Shown in pieces: positions 1 to 12,819 of a DNA stretch of 64,000 nucleotides (within the stretch, counting starts at the first letter, position 1; every line of letters begins with the position of its first letter). The DNA is from Lama glama (Eukaryota), in assembly GCA_028534125.1 (NCBI GenBank), contig CM052816.1:49230001-49294000 (forward strand). The letters run 5' to 3'. The notes under the pieces are model-generated. The model searched no databases. It worked only from the letters and a program-made list of their open reading frames with translations, and was not told the origin of the DNA. A program made the translations under genes and the position numbers.

Positions 1-441
1 TCAAGATTCCCTCACCTAATAGTGTATTTTGTTCAGTTCAGCATTTACGTCTATACTGAGAGTGCACATTCAATAGTATTGCCAGCCAGGGTGCAGACAC
101 ACAAAAATGATGGTGTGAAAACTTAATGTCTATTAAATTTGCTGAGGAATTTTTTTACATTCTATGGAAGAAGCCAGAATTACTGTCCTAGTCTTGCACT
201 TGAAATACTGAACTGACATTTAGGCAGCTTCAGTGCCTATTAATACACATTTAAAGGGTTAGAGAAGGTACTATTGACTGTAAAAGGTAAATGTGAAAAG
301 CTGATTTCAATTTGTACTGGGCATTTTTCGCACATTCTCAGATCTTTGCAATGGAACTGAACCCTTACCCTTCTGTACGCTGATGGAGTCTTATTTCCTG
401 AACCTCATGGCAAGCCATTTGCAGAGAACCGTTCTGATCAC

Positions 442-1045
442 TGCTGAAAAATGAGGTTTGGAAAGAGTTAAACAGTTGACAAAACCAGGTGCAGCAAACC
501 AAACGCTGAGATGACGAGGTTTGCAGCAGTTTATTCAGAAGGCAGCCAACTGAGAAGGGAGGACAGATCTCCGATCTGCCTCCCCGAAGGCAAGAGGCTT
601 GACATATTTAGGGGATAAAGAAGCAGGGGGGTCTTTTTCGTGGGGAAAGGTGATTGGAGGGAGGGAAAAATGTGAGGTAATTTGTGTCTTGTGCAGGTGT
701 GTCTGCTTTTTCATGAGAAGCGTGTCGTAGGCCTCTGTTCATAGACCACCTGCAGAGGCCCAGTGTTAGGGTCGGAGGTCCCAACTAGTCTTAGCCAGCT
801 TGAACTGGACAGGAGCCAACTGCAAGTTCCTGGAAAACATCTTAAGCCCCCGTTACTATAGTGCTATACATTAGAGATGTTACCTGTAGGGGTAGTTAAG
901 GAGTCGAAAACAATCAAGTGAAGGCAGGTTACAAACAGAGGGATTTTTTTTTAACAAGCTGTTCCGCTACCTGCTGTTCCCCTACCTACTGTTCAGTAAA
1001 ACAAGCTCAAGAATTTGTGAGTCACCAGTTTTTGTTAGCCCATCT
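442..1045 (-). mobile_element. Solo ERV1-class LTR
   Basis: GC/CpG-richer ~600-bp block that starts with TG. TTTATT at ~530 reads AATAAA on the minus strand, and a TATA-like element lies at ~605. The overall LTR-like composition contrasts with the AT-rich flanks. No TSD found; right end approximate. Confidence 0.7.
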
Positions 1046-1689
1046 TGAAACCTTGCCCCATAGGGCATTTATTAACTAGAATTCTTTTCTTTTGATACAG
1101 AATAATTTTCCCTTACCAACTATATTTGGTTACTCTAAGATATAGTTCATATAAGAAAAGCCAAATAAGTTACTTGATTCTTTCATGTATCTTTTGGTTC
1201 TTACCATTCATTTAATTCTGTACTTTTTTTTAACCATCTAAAAGCAATGCTAAGACTACTAATGTCAATAATATCATTTAATACAGTTTAGTGTTTCTTC
1301 ATATTTTTTCCTTAGGATTATTTCATTCTGAACTGTCAAACTTATATTTTAAAAGCTCTTATAAGTGTTCCCTGGGCAATTATGCCACAAGTTTAATAAA
1401 AAAATTAATTAAGTGGTACCAGTTTGTTTTAAATTACTGGAAAAAATTTAAAATGTGTGGAGTCTTATAAAACATATAGTTTCTAATGTCATGATTATAA
1501 AAGAAACTAAATTTAGGGAGGTCTTGTTTCTTTCATTGTCCCCTTCATGTTTTTTTTTTTCCTCTTACCTATATGTGATTATTAATAGCTTTTGGCTTAT
1601 TCTTTCACTATTTCTTCCTAGAAATGAACAACTATGTAAAAAGAAGCAGGGAAATGTGAATATATATGCTCATACAATCAGTGCTACTC

Positions 1690-2930
1690 TGTAGCGGTCA
1701 TCTTCCCATATTCCTTTCATTCCATGCATAGAACTCTATTGTGTGGATATAACATAGTCTTTGGTTCCCATGAATAATGCAAAAATGCACAGCCATGTGC
1801 ATAAGTGATTTCATATTTTTGCCATTGCATGTTTTGAGTAGAGTACTAGAAGTGGGGCTGACATATAATTTAGCTAGGTACTGCAACCAAAATGATGATT
1901 TCAACATTTTGGATTTCCACCAACAATGTGAGAGTTTGTTTTCCTATGGAACAGTGTTACAAGCATAGTATGTTACCAAACTTCTGAATGTTCTGAATGG
2001 AATGGAGGAGAAATGGCATATGTATTATAAAAATGAGCTAGATTGAGCATCTTTTCATACTCTTGGGGATGTTTGCATTTATATATTATGTTAACTGTGC
2101 ATTTATACATTTTGCTCATTTTTTATTGAGTTATTGGTCTTAATGTTCAGAAACATTTTACATCTGAAGACTTAAACCTTTTTAATAGAAATTACAAATA
2201 TATATTTTGTTATTTTTCATTCTATATTTTTTAATGTATACATTTATTTTTTGATTATGTAGCTAAATCCATCAAGCTTTTTCTTTATGGATTCTGAACT
2301 TCTAGGTCATAGAAAAATTTACTGTGCTTCCTAAATAGAGACCAATATATGGTGTTTACCTAGTTTTATTATATTCTATTTTTAGGTTTCAAATGCATTA
2401 GGTATTTATACTATTGCGTGATAAGATTTAATACACTTTTATATTTTCCCATCTGAATATACAATTACCCCTGCACTTTTTATTGAAATTGCCTTTTCTC
2501 ATCTTATACATTAATACCTATTTTCAAATATTTTAATGTAACATTTGCCTATTGATGTACCATTTTTTAATTTATAAATATACCTTTCAATTTATACAGC
2601 CTTAAAATATGCTTTAAAATACTTTGATACAACACCCTCCAACCCACTTCACTGATCTTCAGTGTTTCCAAGGCTATTCTCACATATTTTTTGAATGAAT
2701 GAATTTTAAAATCAACTTGTCCAGCTTCCAGGAAAAAATGCAATTTTTATTGTGCTTGAATAATACTTACACTTTAATATTGGGGACCATTGACATCCTG
2801 TGAAGTTTGAGATTCTGTCCAAGAACATTTGCTTTCTTGGAAATACTGAACTTTTATTTAACTGTAGTCTGTTTTGTTTCTTTCAAGAGTGTTCTATTAT
2901 AAAAATTGTTGCATATAAAAATCCTACATT
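1690..2930 (-). mobile_element. Old LINE-1 (L1M/L1ME-type) 3' fragment, heavily decayed
   Basis: Antisense L1 hallmarks 'ttccaccaacaatgtgagagtt', 'gattgagcatcttttcata', 'cattttttattgagttatt' and 'gaattttaaaatcaacttgtccagctt'. Confidence 0.75.
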
Positions 2931-4583
2931 TTAATAAACCAAATTATCTCTTATCACAAACCATATCTGATCATAAATTTTTGCACTACAGATAATTATG
3001 GCCCTTTGTATGATTTTCTTTTTCTTCGGCATGCATCATTTTTTGAAATACCCACAGAAAATTGTTTGGTTCTCCCCTAATTTAGTATACAGGTATACAT
3101 ACACCATTGAATTTGTTAGGGTAGAAGATTTAACTCCATGGAAAGAGGCTGGCCAAATTCTTGACTGATACCTAATAAAGTTCTATAGTTGACCTAATAT
3201 ATTAAACTGGATTACTGGTTTGAACTGATTTTGTTAAATAAGAAAATGTAAATGTATTCAAACCAGAAGGTGAAATATTCCACAGTTGCACAGTTTTCAC
3301 CAACTACACAACACTGATATTTTCTGATGACAGGAATACTATATAAACATAAACTTGGATCATGAATTGGGAAACACAAACTTAAAATGAATTTAACAAA
3401 AGATGTTTTATCGGACTTATTGGCTCTCTAGGCCTGACAAATCATTAACAATTAGAGGAGTAAATCTCTGGATAAGGTCAAGCATTTTTTGTTTTATTCT
3501 GTTAGTTTTGTGTTATCTTCCAGTGAATATAGAAATTAACACTGATAGAGATAATGTCTGTACAGACGATATTTTTAAAATAAGTCTCCTTTTATCTAGT
3601 ATTCACTTCTGCCCTTATTCACTGAAAAAAAAAATCTGGAAAAAAATCATGCAAGTAGGTTCAAAGAAGCCTACTTGTTCTTGTAGGAGTATTACTCATG
3701 GATAATTCCTTATATCACAAGGCATCTGTAAATAGAGTTCACTATGCGCTTTTGGTGCTCTGTGGCTTAATTAGTGAATCTGCCCCCTAGTTATGCTCAT
3801 CGCTAAATTCCCATGGCTTAAATTGAACTCTGTGTTGTACTAGTTTGTAATAGGTAGTACTGTGTTAGACTAGTGAAGGAAAGAGAGAACTATTATAGTT
3901 AAAAATAAGTTGTCAGAGGTCTTGTCTTCCAGAAAATCCTTCTCTGGCTAATGATAAAAAATAGGTGCACAGACAACACATTTTTGAAATAAGACATCCA
4001 TGTGAAATTAAATACAGCTGTAAAATAATTACTATAAGCAAATGATAGCACAATAAAACAATGAAGTTAATTTTGGCTTTTGTCTATTTAAAGGTTGTCA
4101 GAAATTTAAGAGATTTCAAAGCATAACTCTGACTATGAAAGACATCCAAATTTAGTACCTAATTCATACATAAAATATGCTTTAATTGTATATGGGAACT
4201 GGGAAAAAATAGATTTATATGGAGGAGATGCAGTAAAAAATAGTACTCTCTTCCCATAGGCTCCTGGTTTTCCCTAGTGGTCCCCACTTTGGACCTTTTG
4301 ATGGTTCTGGGAGCCACTCTTAACTTCACTGGACTATGGTGAATCTTCCATCATCCCATTTATAGTCTATCAGTAGAGAAGGAAAGATAGTTAAGCTGAA
4401 GGGTGCCTCTGCTTATTTATTCCACAAGAATCACTGCTTGATAAATTAAGCTAATCCTCTACAGAAATGTTCCAATCACCTCTGTAATTACTTACTATAT
4501 GGAAACACAATGGATGTGGCCTTAATTACTCTGCTATAAGATACAAAGCCTGCAACACATTGTTATCTACATTAAAATGGAAA

Positions 4584-4707
4584 GGCATTGTGTATTCATG
4601 AAAGCTAAGATTATATTTAGTGTGAAATGGTTTTGAAGGTCATAAGCAAACTTGCAAATTTAAAGTTGCTGATAAGACCTACTCTCACATTTTCCTTACC
4701 ATAGAGT
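4584..4707 (+). repeat. Copy 1 of a 124-bp dispersed direct duplication
   Basis: Ungapped alignment to 6607-6730, 109/124 identical by manual count. Confidence 0.95.
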
Positions 4708-6606
4708 GGCATAAATAAGTTAGATGTAAAGGCTGTATTTCCATAGTTAGAATTTGAAATCTGCTGAGTTTGACTATGCTACAATTTCTAGTCACATGAA
4801 AAGTTAAAAATTAGGTTATCACTAGTATTTCTCCCTTAAACAATCTACTTGATTCAGTCTATCAAAGAAAATTAAGGCCAGTGGATTAATAATTCTGATT
4901 TAGAGCAGAGGCAATTTCAACCAGGCTAATTTTTCATATCTGCTCAATTAACCTCAGAGTGCTTTAGAACAAAAGACAGCATGACGAGTGTCATTTAAAT
5001 TAAACAAATGCCATTTATCTGTCAAGGTGCTGGCTTACATCAACCACTTCAAGCCAAGACCACAACATCAAATGGGGGTGGACAAGCAGTGAGCCACTGG
5101 GATTTAATTCTCTAGCATTTCAGAATTCATGCGTAGCATAATTTGTGATGCTTACCTTTTAATGAGCTGTTTCAGATGAGCAAGAAAAGTGGGACTGTGT
5201 TATCTATCCAGCAGCATTTGTGATATACCTAGTTTATATTCTACTGTGATCCCTGTCACTTAGGAGAAGCACTACCTTTTGGGAGTGATGTCAGTGATTT
5301 GTAATTAAACACAATACCCCTCATTTTATATTCAAGTAATTTATTTTCAGAGATATCATTATACTGGCCTTCTGAATAACTTTCTACTTAGCAACTGCAG
5401 TTTCCAATGATGCTTTTCCAATAAGGCATTACAGATCTAAAGATACAAATTTTTAAGAAGAAATTAACTTAATATCATAATTTACTAGAAAAAAGAACTA
5501 CTCCTACTTAGCATTTACACTTCTTAAGCAGACAAGCATTACACATTTTCAAATAATTACCTGTGCTTTTGTAGTCAATTTCTCTCTTTAAGTCTAATCT
5601 TTCAATAATTGAAAATTAAACATTAGCCCAATAGTCGCTTTGTAGAAACCCAACTATATTTTGAATTTTAGCGTGAAGAATAAAGTGCACTCTTGAGACA
5701 AAGCCGTTGTTGTTGTTCAATAATACATAATTTTTTTCAAATAACCTCTGTTAAATTTATGAGATGATATCTCCAGGCTGTGTGGCCCCAGGCTGAGACC
5801 TCGATATGTTTAGTAATCATGTCTCAATGAACCACTGAGGACAGTAATGCAGGGGTGTAGATAGAAGCAGGACCTAGCAGCAACTGAAGTTGGGTTAAGC
5901 TAGTGAAGCAAGCATCAGAAAAGGTCAGTTTTCTGTCTCAGCATTGCTCCCAGGTAGGTCCAATAGACTCAAGTCTAACTCAGTAATCAGGGTTCTGTGA
6001 ACCAAAAGATCTCTTTAAAATTTCTATGAGTATTGACTACCAAGAGTTATTACAACTTGGAGGCAGCAATTATTCTGCTGCTGCTGAACACAGTATTAAT
6101 AATGGAATTTCAGTTGGCTCCAACTTTAGTGTTTGGAGCCATGGGTATGAGCAGCCTCAGAAACATGAGCCATGATCTCCCTCTATTGTCAGGGGAAAAA
6201 AAAAAAGGAAAATTAGAGAACTTTGGGAACAGAGCTGCCGTTTTGATATCAGTAATGTTTAACGATAGAACCACAGTAAGAAAGGGGACATGAATGTATT
6301 TTGTGGAAATGGATGTATTTTGTACATTTTGTGATTTGGAGATAGGCTTAAAGAATTCAATCTCAGAGAATCACTCAAACGTGATTCTAAGAACCATTTG
6401 GAAAGAACTGTAATGGCAATAGAGTTTCTAAAGGATCTGAGGGTGTAGGGACAGGGCTGTGGAGGACTTCAGTGCTGGTGTTCAAAATTTTATTCACAGT
6501 TGAATGTGCGCTAGGAAGCAGCAGATAGTCCAGGAAATTCGTGTTTTCATTTATTTATATAAGGTAATACATAATGACTAGGATCGTTTTGTATGACTGT
6601 TTAGTG

Positions 6607-6730
6607 GGCACTGTGTATTCATGAAGTCTAAAATTATGTTTCATATGAAATGATTTTGAAGGTCATAAGCAAACTTGCAAATTAAAAGTTGCCAATAAGA
6701 CCTATTCTCACATTTTCTTTACCATAAAGT
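6607..6730 (+). repeat. Copy 2 of a 124-bp dispersed direct duplication
   Basis: Ungapped alignment to 4584-4707, 109/124 identical by manual count. Confidence 0.95.
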
Positions 6731-7534
6731 AAGAGCCCTCTTACTACTCTTCACTTTGGGTAGTAACTACTGTGCACCTCTCGTCTTCTGAAGTGCTGAG
6801 TCTAATCTCTGGGAATCAATACTTTACTAAGGATCTGAATCTGAAGAATGTATTTGAAATATATTCAAATGTATTTTCTTTAGATTTCCACTAATACATA
6901 CTAGTATCAGGTTCACACTTATCTAATATTGGCAATAAATGGTTAAACATTAAAATTTTAAATCAGTCTCTTTACTATATTTATAATTGTTTATAAAATA
7001 TTTTGTTAAGTGGATTTAGGGGACAAAATTACCTAATTTGTATTGTTTATTATAAATATATTTAAATAATAGCATCTAGGTACAAAGAAACTATAATTAT
7101 ATACACACATGTATATAGAGACAATATTTATATATCTAGTTTAAATTTAAACATTATATAAATGTTCCACATACATATACACATATATATAATTTATTCC
7201 TTGAGGTCAAATGTTATCATCTGCTGATAACTAGAGTAGTGAGATACAAGTATATATATAGTTATAGAGGTAAACTCTGAGAAAAGTGTAATCAATGAAA
7301 ATAGGACAATGGAGGGAAAGGGCATTAGGGTATAGACTTGAGTGAAATACACTATGTTCACTATGGAGAGCAATCAACAGGTCCAAATATGTATGCTTAA
7401 GGATATTATATAATAGTACAGCTATGGCAATAGCTTCAAATTTTTCATACTCCCTTTCCCAGTGGGCTGTTACAAAATCGTTAAAAAATTAGCTGCCTCT
7501 GTAGTATATTTAGGTATTGACAGACCTTCTAGAT

Positions 7535-7744
7535 CAAGGACTAGCAAATTTTTTTCTGCAAAGGGCCAGATAGTAAATGTTTTAGTCTTTCGGGGCCATA
7601 AGTTTTCCATAGTAACAATTCAGTTCTGCTGTTGTAGCATGAATGTAATCATGAACAGTATAGCAATGAGTGAGATGGTCTCTATTCCAGTAAAACAAGA
7701 GATGGACCAGATTTCACTTGTGGGCTCCAGTTTGCCAACTTCTT
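7535..7744 (-). mobile_element. MER58A-like hAT-Charlie non-autonomous DNA transposon
   Basis: 'caaggactagcaaatttttttctgcaaagggccagatagtaaatgttttag...tttgccaacttc' matches the reverse complement of the recalled MER58A consensus, including the decayed terminal inverted repeats. Confidence 0.85.
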
Positions 7745-7759
7745 TTACAAATAAAATGG

Positions 7760-7975
7760 TAAGAGAAACAGTCAAGGTGGAAAATAATTTGAATAAACAT
7801 GATGCCATTTGTGTTTTTAAAAAAATATATGTATATGCATATTAGATAAATATGAAGATAAACATGAAACTGGAAACATAGTTATTACCTCTAGAGAAGG
7901 AAACTCAGTAATGGGGACAGAGTGGAAAACAGGCAAATTTCACTGAGTATCAGTGGTGCCTTTTGAATTTTATCC
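7760..7975 (+). mobile_element. L1ME-type 3' UTR fragment
   Basis: 'aactggaaacatagttattacctctagagaagg...ttttgaattt' resembles old L1ME 3' ends. Confidence 0.55.
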
Positions 7976-8074
7976 AGTAATTTGCTCCACTTAGCAATAT
8001 CGTTTTAGCAATATATAATACTGTCTTTTTTAAAATAAGAAGTGGTAACAGACAGACAGGTTTAGCACTTTTAG

Positions 8075-8225
8075 TCCTTCATTTATATGTCACTTTAGCA
8101 TACACATTATGTTCAGCTCTTATTTCATCCTCAAAACAACACTTGAAGATGGGCACACATTTTTAAGGTGTATTTTAGAGATGAACAAACTGAGAAGTAA
8201 TCAAGTTATCCAGCAACTTAACACT
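8075..8225 (-). mobile_element. MIR SINE fragment
   Basis: 'tttcatcctcaaaacaac...ttttagagatgaacaaactgag' is the MIR core in antisense. Confidence 0.65.
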
Positions 8226-9731
8226 ATAGTTTTGTGAGGTTCTGTATTTCATTGAAGGCATCAGTAATTATACGTCCTCTGTGGGCTAAGCACTGTGAGA
8301 TAAACTTAAGAAAGCAGTGGTCAAAATACATTGCTCTGTCTCATCCAACTGAATCAATCTCCTTGTCTCATTGTAGAGCTCCTGCTTAAACTGAGCAGGG
8401 AGAAAATAATCTTACACACTGAAGTTGTAAGGACCTCTAGGTTTCCCCTGGACTGCTCTGATTCCCTCATACCAATATTAATTTCTCTGGACAGCTTCAC
8501 GCTGACCCAGTTCAATCAACTGTGGCTACTACTCCAGTGCTGGCACCCGCATTCAGGGTACAATCTGCATTTTAGGAATAACAATTTTAAAAGTCCTTCC
8601 TCTTCCTCCACACGGATAGGTCTAAAAGTCCTCCCATTTCCTCATTTACTCCAACATACTGTATCCCACCCCCCATCCTTTTTTAAAAGAAAATCCAGTT
8701 AGAAATCTGATGACCTTATTACAGTGTTGGGTGGGCCATATACTAACATTAGCCTATCAAACTCATTTATCTCTCTGTTTGGTGCTCGCAAATTGCAAAG
8801 CACATACAAGAAGTTTCTGTATCACTTTGTAAAGTCAAAGTCACATTTAAGAGAAAGTTATTTTAAATGAAAGCAGAGAACATCTTTCAGTCTATTACAA
8901 ATTAACATGGAACATCAATTAAAATACATTGTTAGAAAACCATTTAGCAATAGTGTTTATTTTTCTTTGAAACAATATTTCATCAGGTCAATAATAGATG
9001 GCTAAAGTAAATTGAGTATTATCTTTTCAACACCTATTATATATAATTTTACTTTCCAGGCTGAAAGTTCTATTGAAAAAATATTATTCACTTTAATATT
9101 TTTTTTCTTTCAGAAATTATGTTCTTTGTTAAGTACCACATTAATAGTCACTTTTTAAGAAACAGGCTTTTTTGTTTGCTCCAGAATATCCAAGATACTC
9201 TTCCAAGATCTTTACAAAGCCCTCTCTCCTATCCTCCACTTTGGATGGCATCTACCAATGCATCTCTTGTCTTCTGAGACCTGTTAATTTCTTCAATAGA
9301 GGAGTTGACATTCTATTAATTGTAGTAGCACAAAGATTACCTTAATTAGTTTTAAAATTTTTAAACTGATAGTGTTAGACTTATTTTTTATTGTAACAAA
9401 ATACAGATATACTCTATTTTTAAGGAAGTTGAAAAATAGTGGTTTACTATACTACAAATAAATTTTAAAATATTTATCAAATGTTTCCTATGTACGAGGT
9501 AATCCATGCTTTGTGTGTTTTTGTGTGTGTGTATGTTATCCCTAGTATATGCAAAATAAGGAAGACATTTCTTCAAAGGCAAGAAGAGTGCATGTTGAAT
9601 CAATATAATTAACAGATGGGCAAAACCCTGTCTTTATCACTTGAACACACTATACTGTATTCACTTTGGTGTGTGTGTGTTTGTGTTTTGGAAATGTTTA
9701 AAATGGTGATGACCATTATTCCAGAGTGCTG

Positions 9732-9745
9732 TTTGCCATGGCAAC
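9732..9745. promoter_or_regulatory. RFX X-box-like motif
   Basis: TTTGCCATGGCAAC matches GTTGCCATGGCAAC at 13/14 positions and contains the perfect 12-bp palindrome TTGCCATGGCAA. Motif evidence only. Confidence 0.45.
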
Positions 9746-10309
9746 TACTACTTGCAATGTAAAAATGAGACCCTCTTAATGGGTGTGAATAGTTCTCCAC
9801 AACAGTCAAGAAGTTCTTAGTCTTGTATTGCAAACTATATAAGCCACTGTGTGATATCCTGGAAACTACAATTTAAACTGTAACCATATATTTTGATCAT
9901 ATGAATTTAAAGCCTGCTTATAAAAAAAAATTCAGAGAGGAACCTGGTAGGTTATTCACATTCCCAATGAGCAGACTAAACATGAAACTACAAAAAAAAG
10001 AAAAAGTTAATTCCATAGACAATTGGCTCTCTGTGCTAATTGAAAACATTATCATTGTAATCTATCTGTGCTTATGGAACAGTGTCACAGATAACAAAGT
10101 ATTTTCCATGGTAATGCCAACACCCTTTAAAGTTGGTATTGCAGAGTATTTGATTACATTAGAATATGGCCTTATCCAATATTCTGGGCATTTGTGCTAC
10201 TTCAGACAAAATGAGATTATTCAATCTCCAGTTATGTCTCATAATTAGTTGTGTGTTCTAACCAACTTCTGTGATTTGGTGTTCTTCAAACATGCCTTGA
10301 ACTCATTTC

Positions 10310-10472
10310 ATGTGTTCCCCTTCACTCAGCAGTTTCAATCCTGTATTTGTTATTATCCAATGCCTGAAGAAGTCTGCCTGATAGATTTCATCCAGCTTGG
10401 TAGTTATTTGATGGTGGAAGGGCAAGTCCAATTATAATTTGTTCTTCATGGTCAGAAGCCGAAGTCTCCTCA
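10310..10472 (-). mobile_element. Old LINE-1 5'-end fragment (L1M-type)
   Basis: The minus strand reads 'gacttcggcttctgaccatgaag...ggacttgcccttccaccatcaaataactaccaagctggatgaaatctat...ttcaggcattgga', similar to recalled ancient L1 5' UTR consensus. Confidence 0.6.
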
Positions 10473-11058
10473 TGAAGAAATAGGCAAATATATAATCTAA
10501 GTTGCCTTCTCAGAGTAGGAATAGTAATTGGTTGGACTGTCAAAACTAGAAGGATGTTATATTTAGATATACATTGAATATTTAATAAGTGAATAAATAC
10601 ATGGCTCAGGATTAATAAGTAGGCTATTTAATTTTCTGTCTGGCCCTCTTTTTCCCCCAATTTCTGATCTTTTCTCTGTCTCATGACTATATTCAGTGCA
10701 TCCGAGACTCATAAATTGTTTGCCATCATACTACCAAATTGTCTTATTGCAAATTGTCTTCTTAGTAAAAGGTATACAAGTTAATTTATTTTTTAAGATA
10801 ATCTCATCTGATTCTGGCTGTGTAAAGAAAAAAAACTATTTTGTACTGATTAGAATTAGAGTTCCTAAAACTTTTTTTTAATTATTATGGATTTGTCCCA
10901 CATGTTATTTAAACAATACTGTGTAAATTTATTCTCTTAAAACTGTAGCCTTACATGAACATTTATTTTCATGTTATAAAAGTGAGTTTCATCTTGAAGA
11001 CTATATTTATAAAACATGATTTGCATATTCAATGTTTCCAGAAAGTAGATCTTATGTA

Positions 11059-11093
<35 letters not shown>

Positions 11094-11105
11094 TTATATA
11101 TATAT
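11059..11105. repeat. Compound microsatellite (TG)10(TA)n
   Basis: Directly visible. Confidence 0.95.
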
Positions 11106-11999
11106 GTTCAAATTTATCATATAAAACTGAATTCAATTTATGGATCTTATATTTGAATATATATCCAGATAGAGTACATAGGCTCTCAAAAGCACACTTA
11201 TTGCTGGCTTTTTAGAAAGCAGCTGCACCATAAATGGTACATATCAAAATACACAACAGATTTTGGAGGTACTGTCCCATTTTTTGTGGGTGGGTTTCTT
11301 TCTAAAAATTTTCCGTCAGTCCTATTTATTTCATCTATTAAAAAGAGGTTTATTGTCAAACCCTCCAATCTAATGTGAAATTGCAAAATTCTGGCTCATT
11401 GCCCCTCAGAATAAATCACCACATTGTATCTTTGATTCAAAACACAGTTCGGCATCTGTACTGTTGAGGTCTCTTGTTTTCCACAAATCAGATGTACTTA
11501 GAAAATGGGGTAAGTCTCAGGGTTCTTTAAAACATAATATCAAAAATGTCCATGTTTTCCAGAAGATTCCTAAGAATCAATTTAAGAACATTTCTTGGGG
11601 AAAAAAAAATGTAACTAAGTCAACAGAGACCCAGACTGAAGCTGAAGTTTTAACTCTTTTGGGAAGTTCAGTAGAAGGGCCATTTAAATGACAGTGATTA
11701 CATTAGAAATAACACTAAGCATGAACACTAGAAACTTTGAGTCAAGGTAGATTTTTCAGAAATCTTTAATATTTGTAGATCATTTCTTTTTCAAATAGAA
11801 TATACAACACTTACTTGGAGTGGGACTTTCAAGTGTGTGACTACATGTGTGTGTTACGTCTGTCACTAGAAGAAAAGGCTCTCTTTTCCAAAATTACCTT
11901 CCTCACAATCTATAAGGGCCTGAAATACCAGCACTAGAGGATCATTTCCTTGGGTGTTAGAGGTTATAGTAACCTTTATTTTTGTGTCTATTAGAATTT

Positions 12000-12390
12000 C
12001 TTTATCAGTTAACCAGATGTCTATTAAGCATCAACTTTGTACCAGGCTATTCTAAGTCATATGCAGGAAACTAAGGCAGAACACTGGAGGAGAGGCATGG
12101 AGGTGCTATTTTATGAGAAATGGTGGCAGAGGTCTCAGATGAAGTGGCATGTAAGCAAAGACCTGAATGATACTGAGGAATGTGTACGGGGTAACTCAGG
12201 AAAAAGAATTCCAAGCAACAGGGAATATAGAGAACTTGAGAGGGGGATGTGTTTGAGAAACAATGGGCCTTGTAGCCAGAACAGTGGGCCTCATAGCCAG
12301 AACAGAGTAAGTGGGGAAATTGTTAAGAAGTAAGATCAGAGACCCTGCCAAGAATACACAAGGATGTAGACCTTTTGGAAGAATTCCCAA
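12000..12390 (-). mobile_element. L2 LINE fragment with an internal 21-bp tandem duplication (12264-12305)
   Basis: 'tattaagcatcaactttgtaccaggc' is the L2 3' end in antisense, followed by a purine-rich L2 body ('agcaaagacctgaatga', 'aattccaagcaacagggaa'). Confidence 0.7.
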
Positions 12391-12570
12391 CTACTATTCC
12401 CATTTTTCTTATCACTTAATATCGAATCAGTTGTATCAAATCAGATGTCAGTTCCTTAACTCATATCTCAGGGCCAACATTAGACAGAAACCCCCTTCCG
12501 CATGTCTAATTTCACTGTTTTAGTTTAAGTTGCTCACCTTCTTACCTAACTAATTAAAATACCTTCTAAC

Positions 12571-12736
12571 ACAGTATTTTCCTAAAGTGCATGACCATGA
12601 AGAAAAACTGTTAAACTCCAGATTCTGTGGCCCCATCCCCAAACCACTGGGTAATAAACTTGCAGAGCCCTGAGTAGGCATTTCTTAAACAGGTGCCTTT
12701 ACTGAAACTTACAATCAGAGATGTTTGAAAATTACT
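12571..12736. mobile_element. MER5A-like hAT-Charlie element
   Basis: 'cagtattttcctaaagtg...tgttaaactccagattctgtggccccatccccaaacc...tttgaaaattact' resembles MER5A. Confidence 0.6.
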
Positions 12737-12819
12737 CTTAATGTTCTACCTGCATCTTGCTTCCTAGAACTTCACTTTTTTTTACATTTTTGTTAGACTT
12801 ATCCCCTCCAAAGAGTTCA

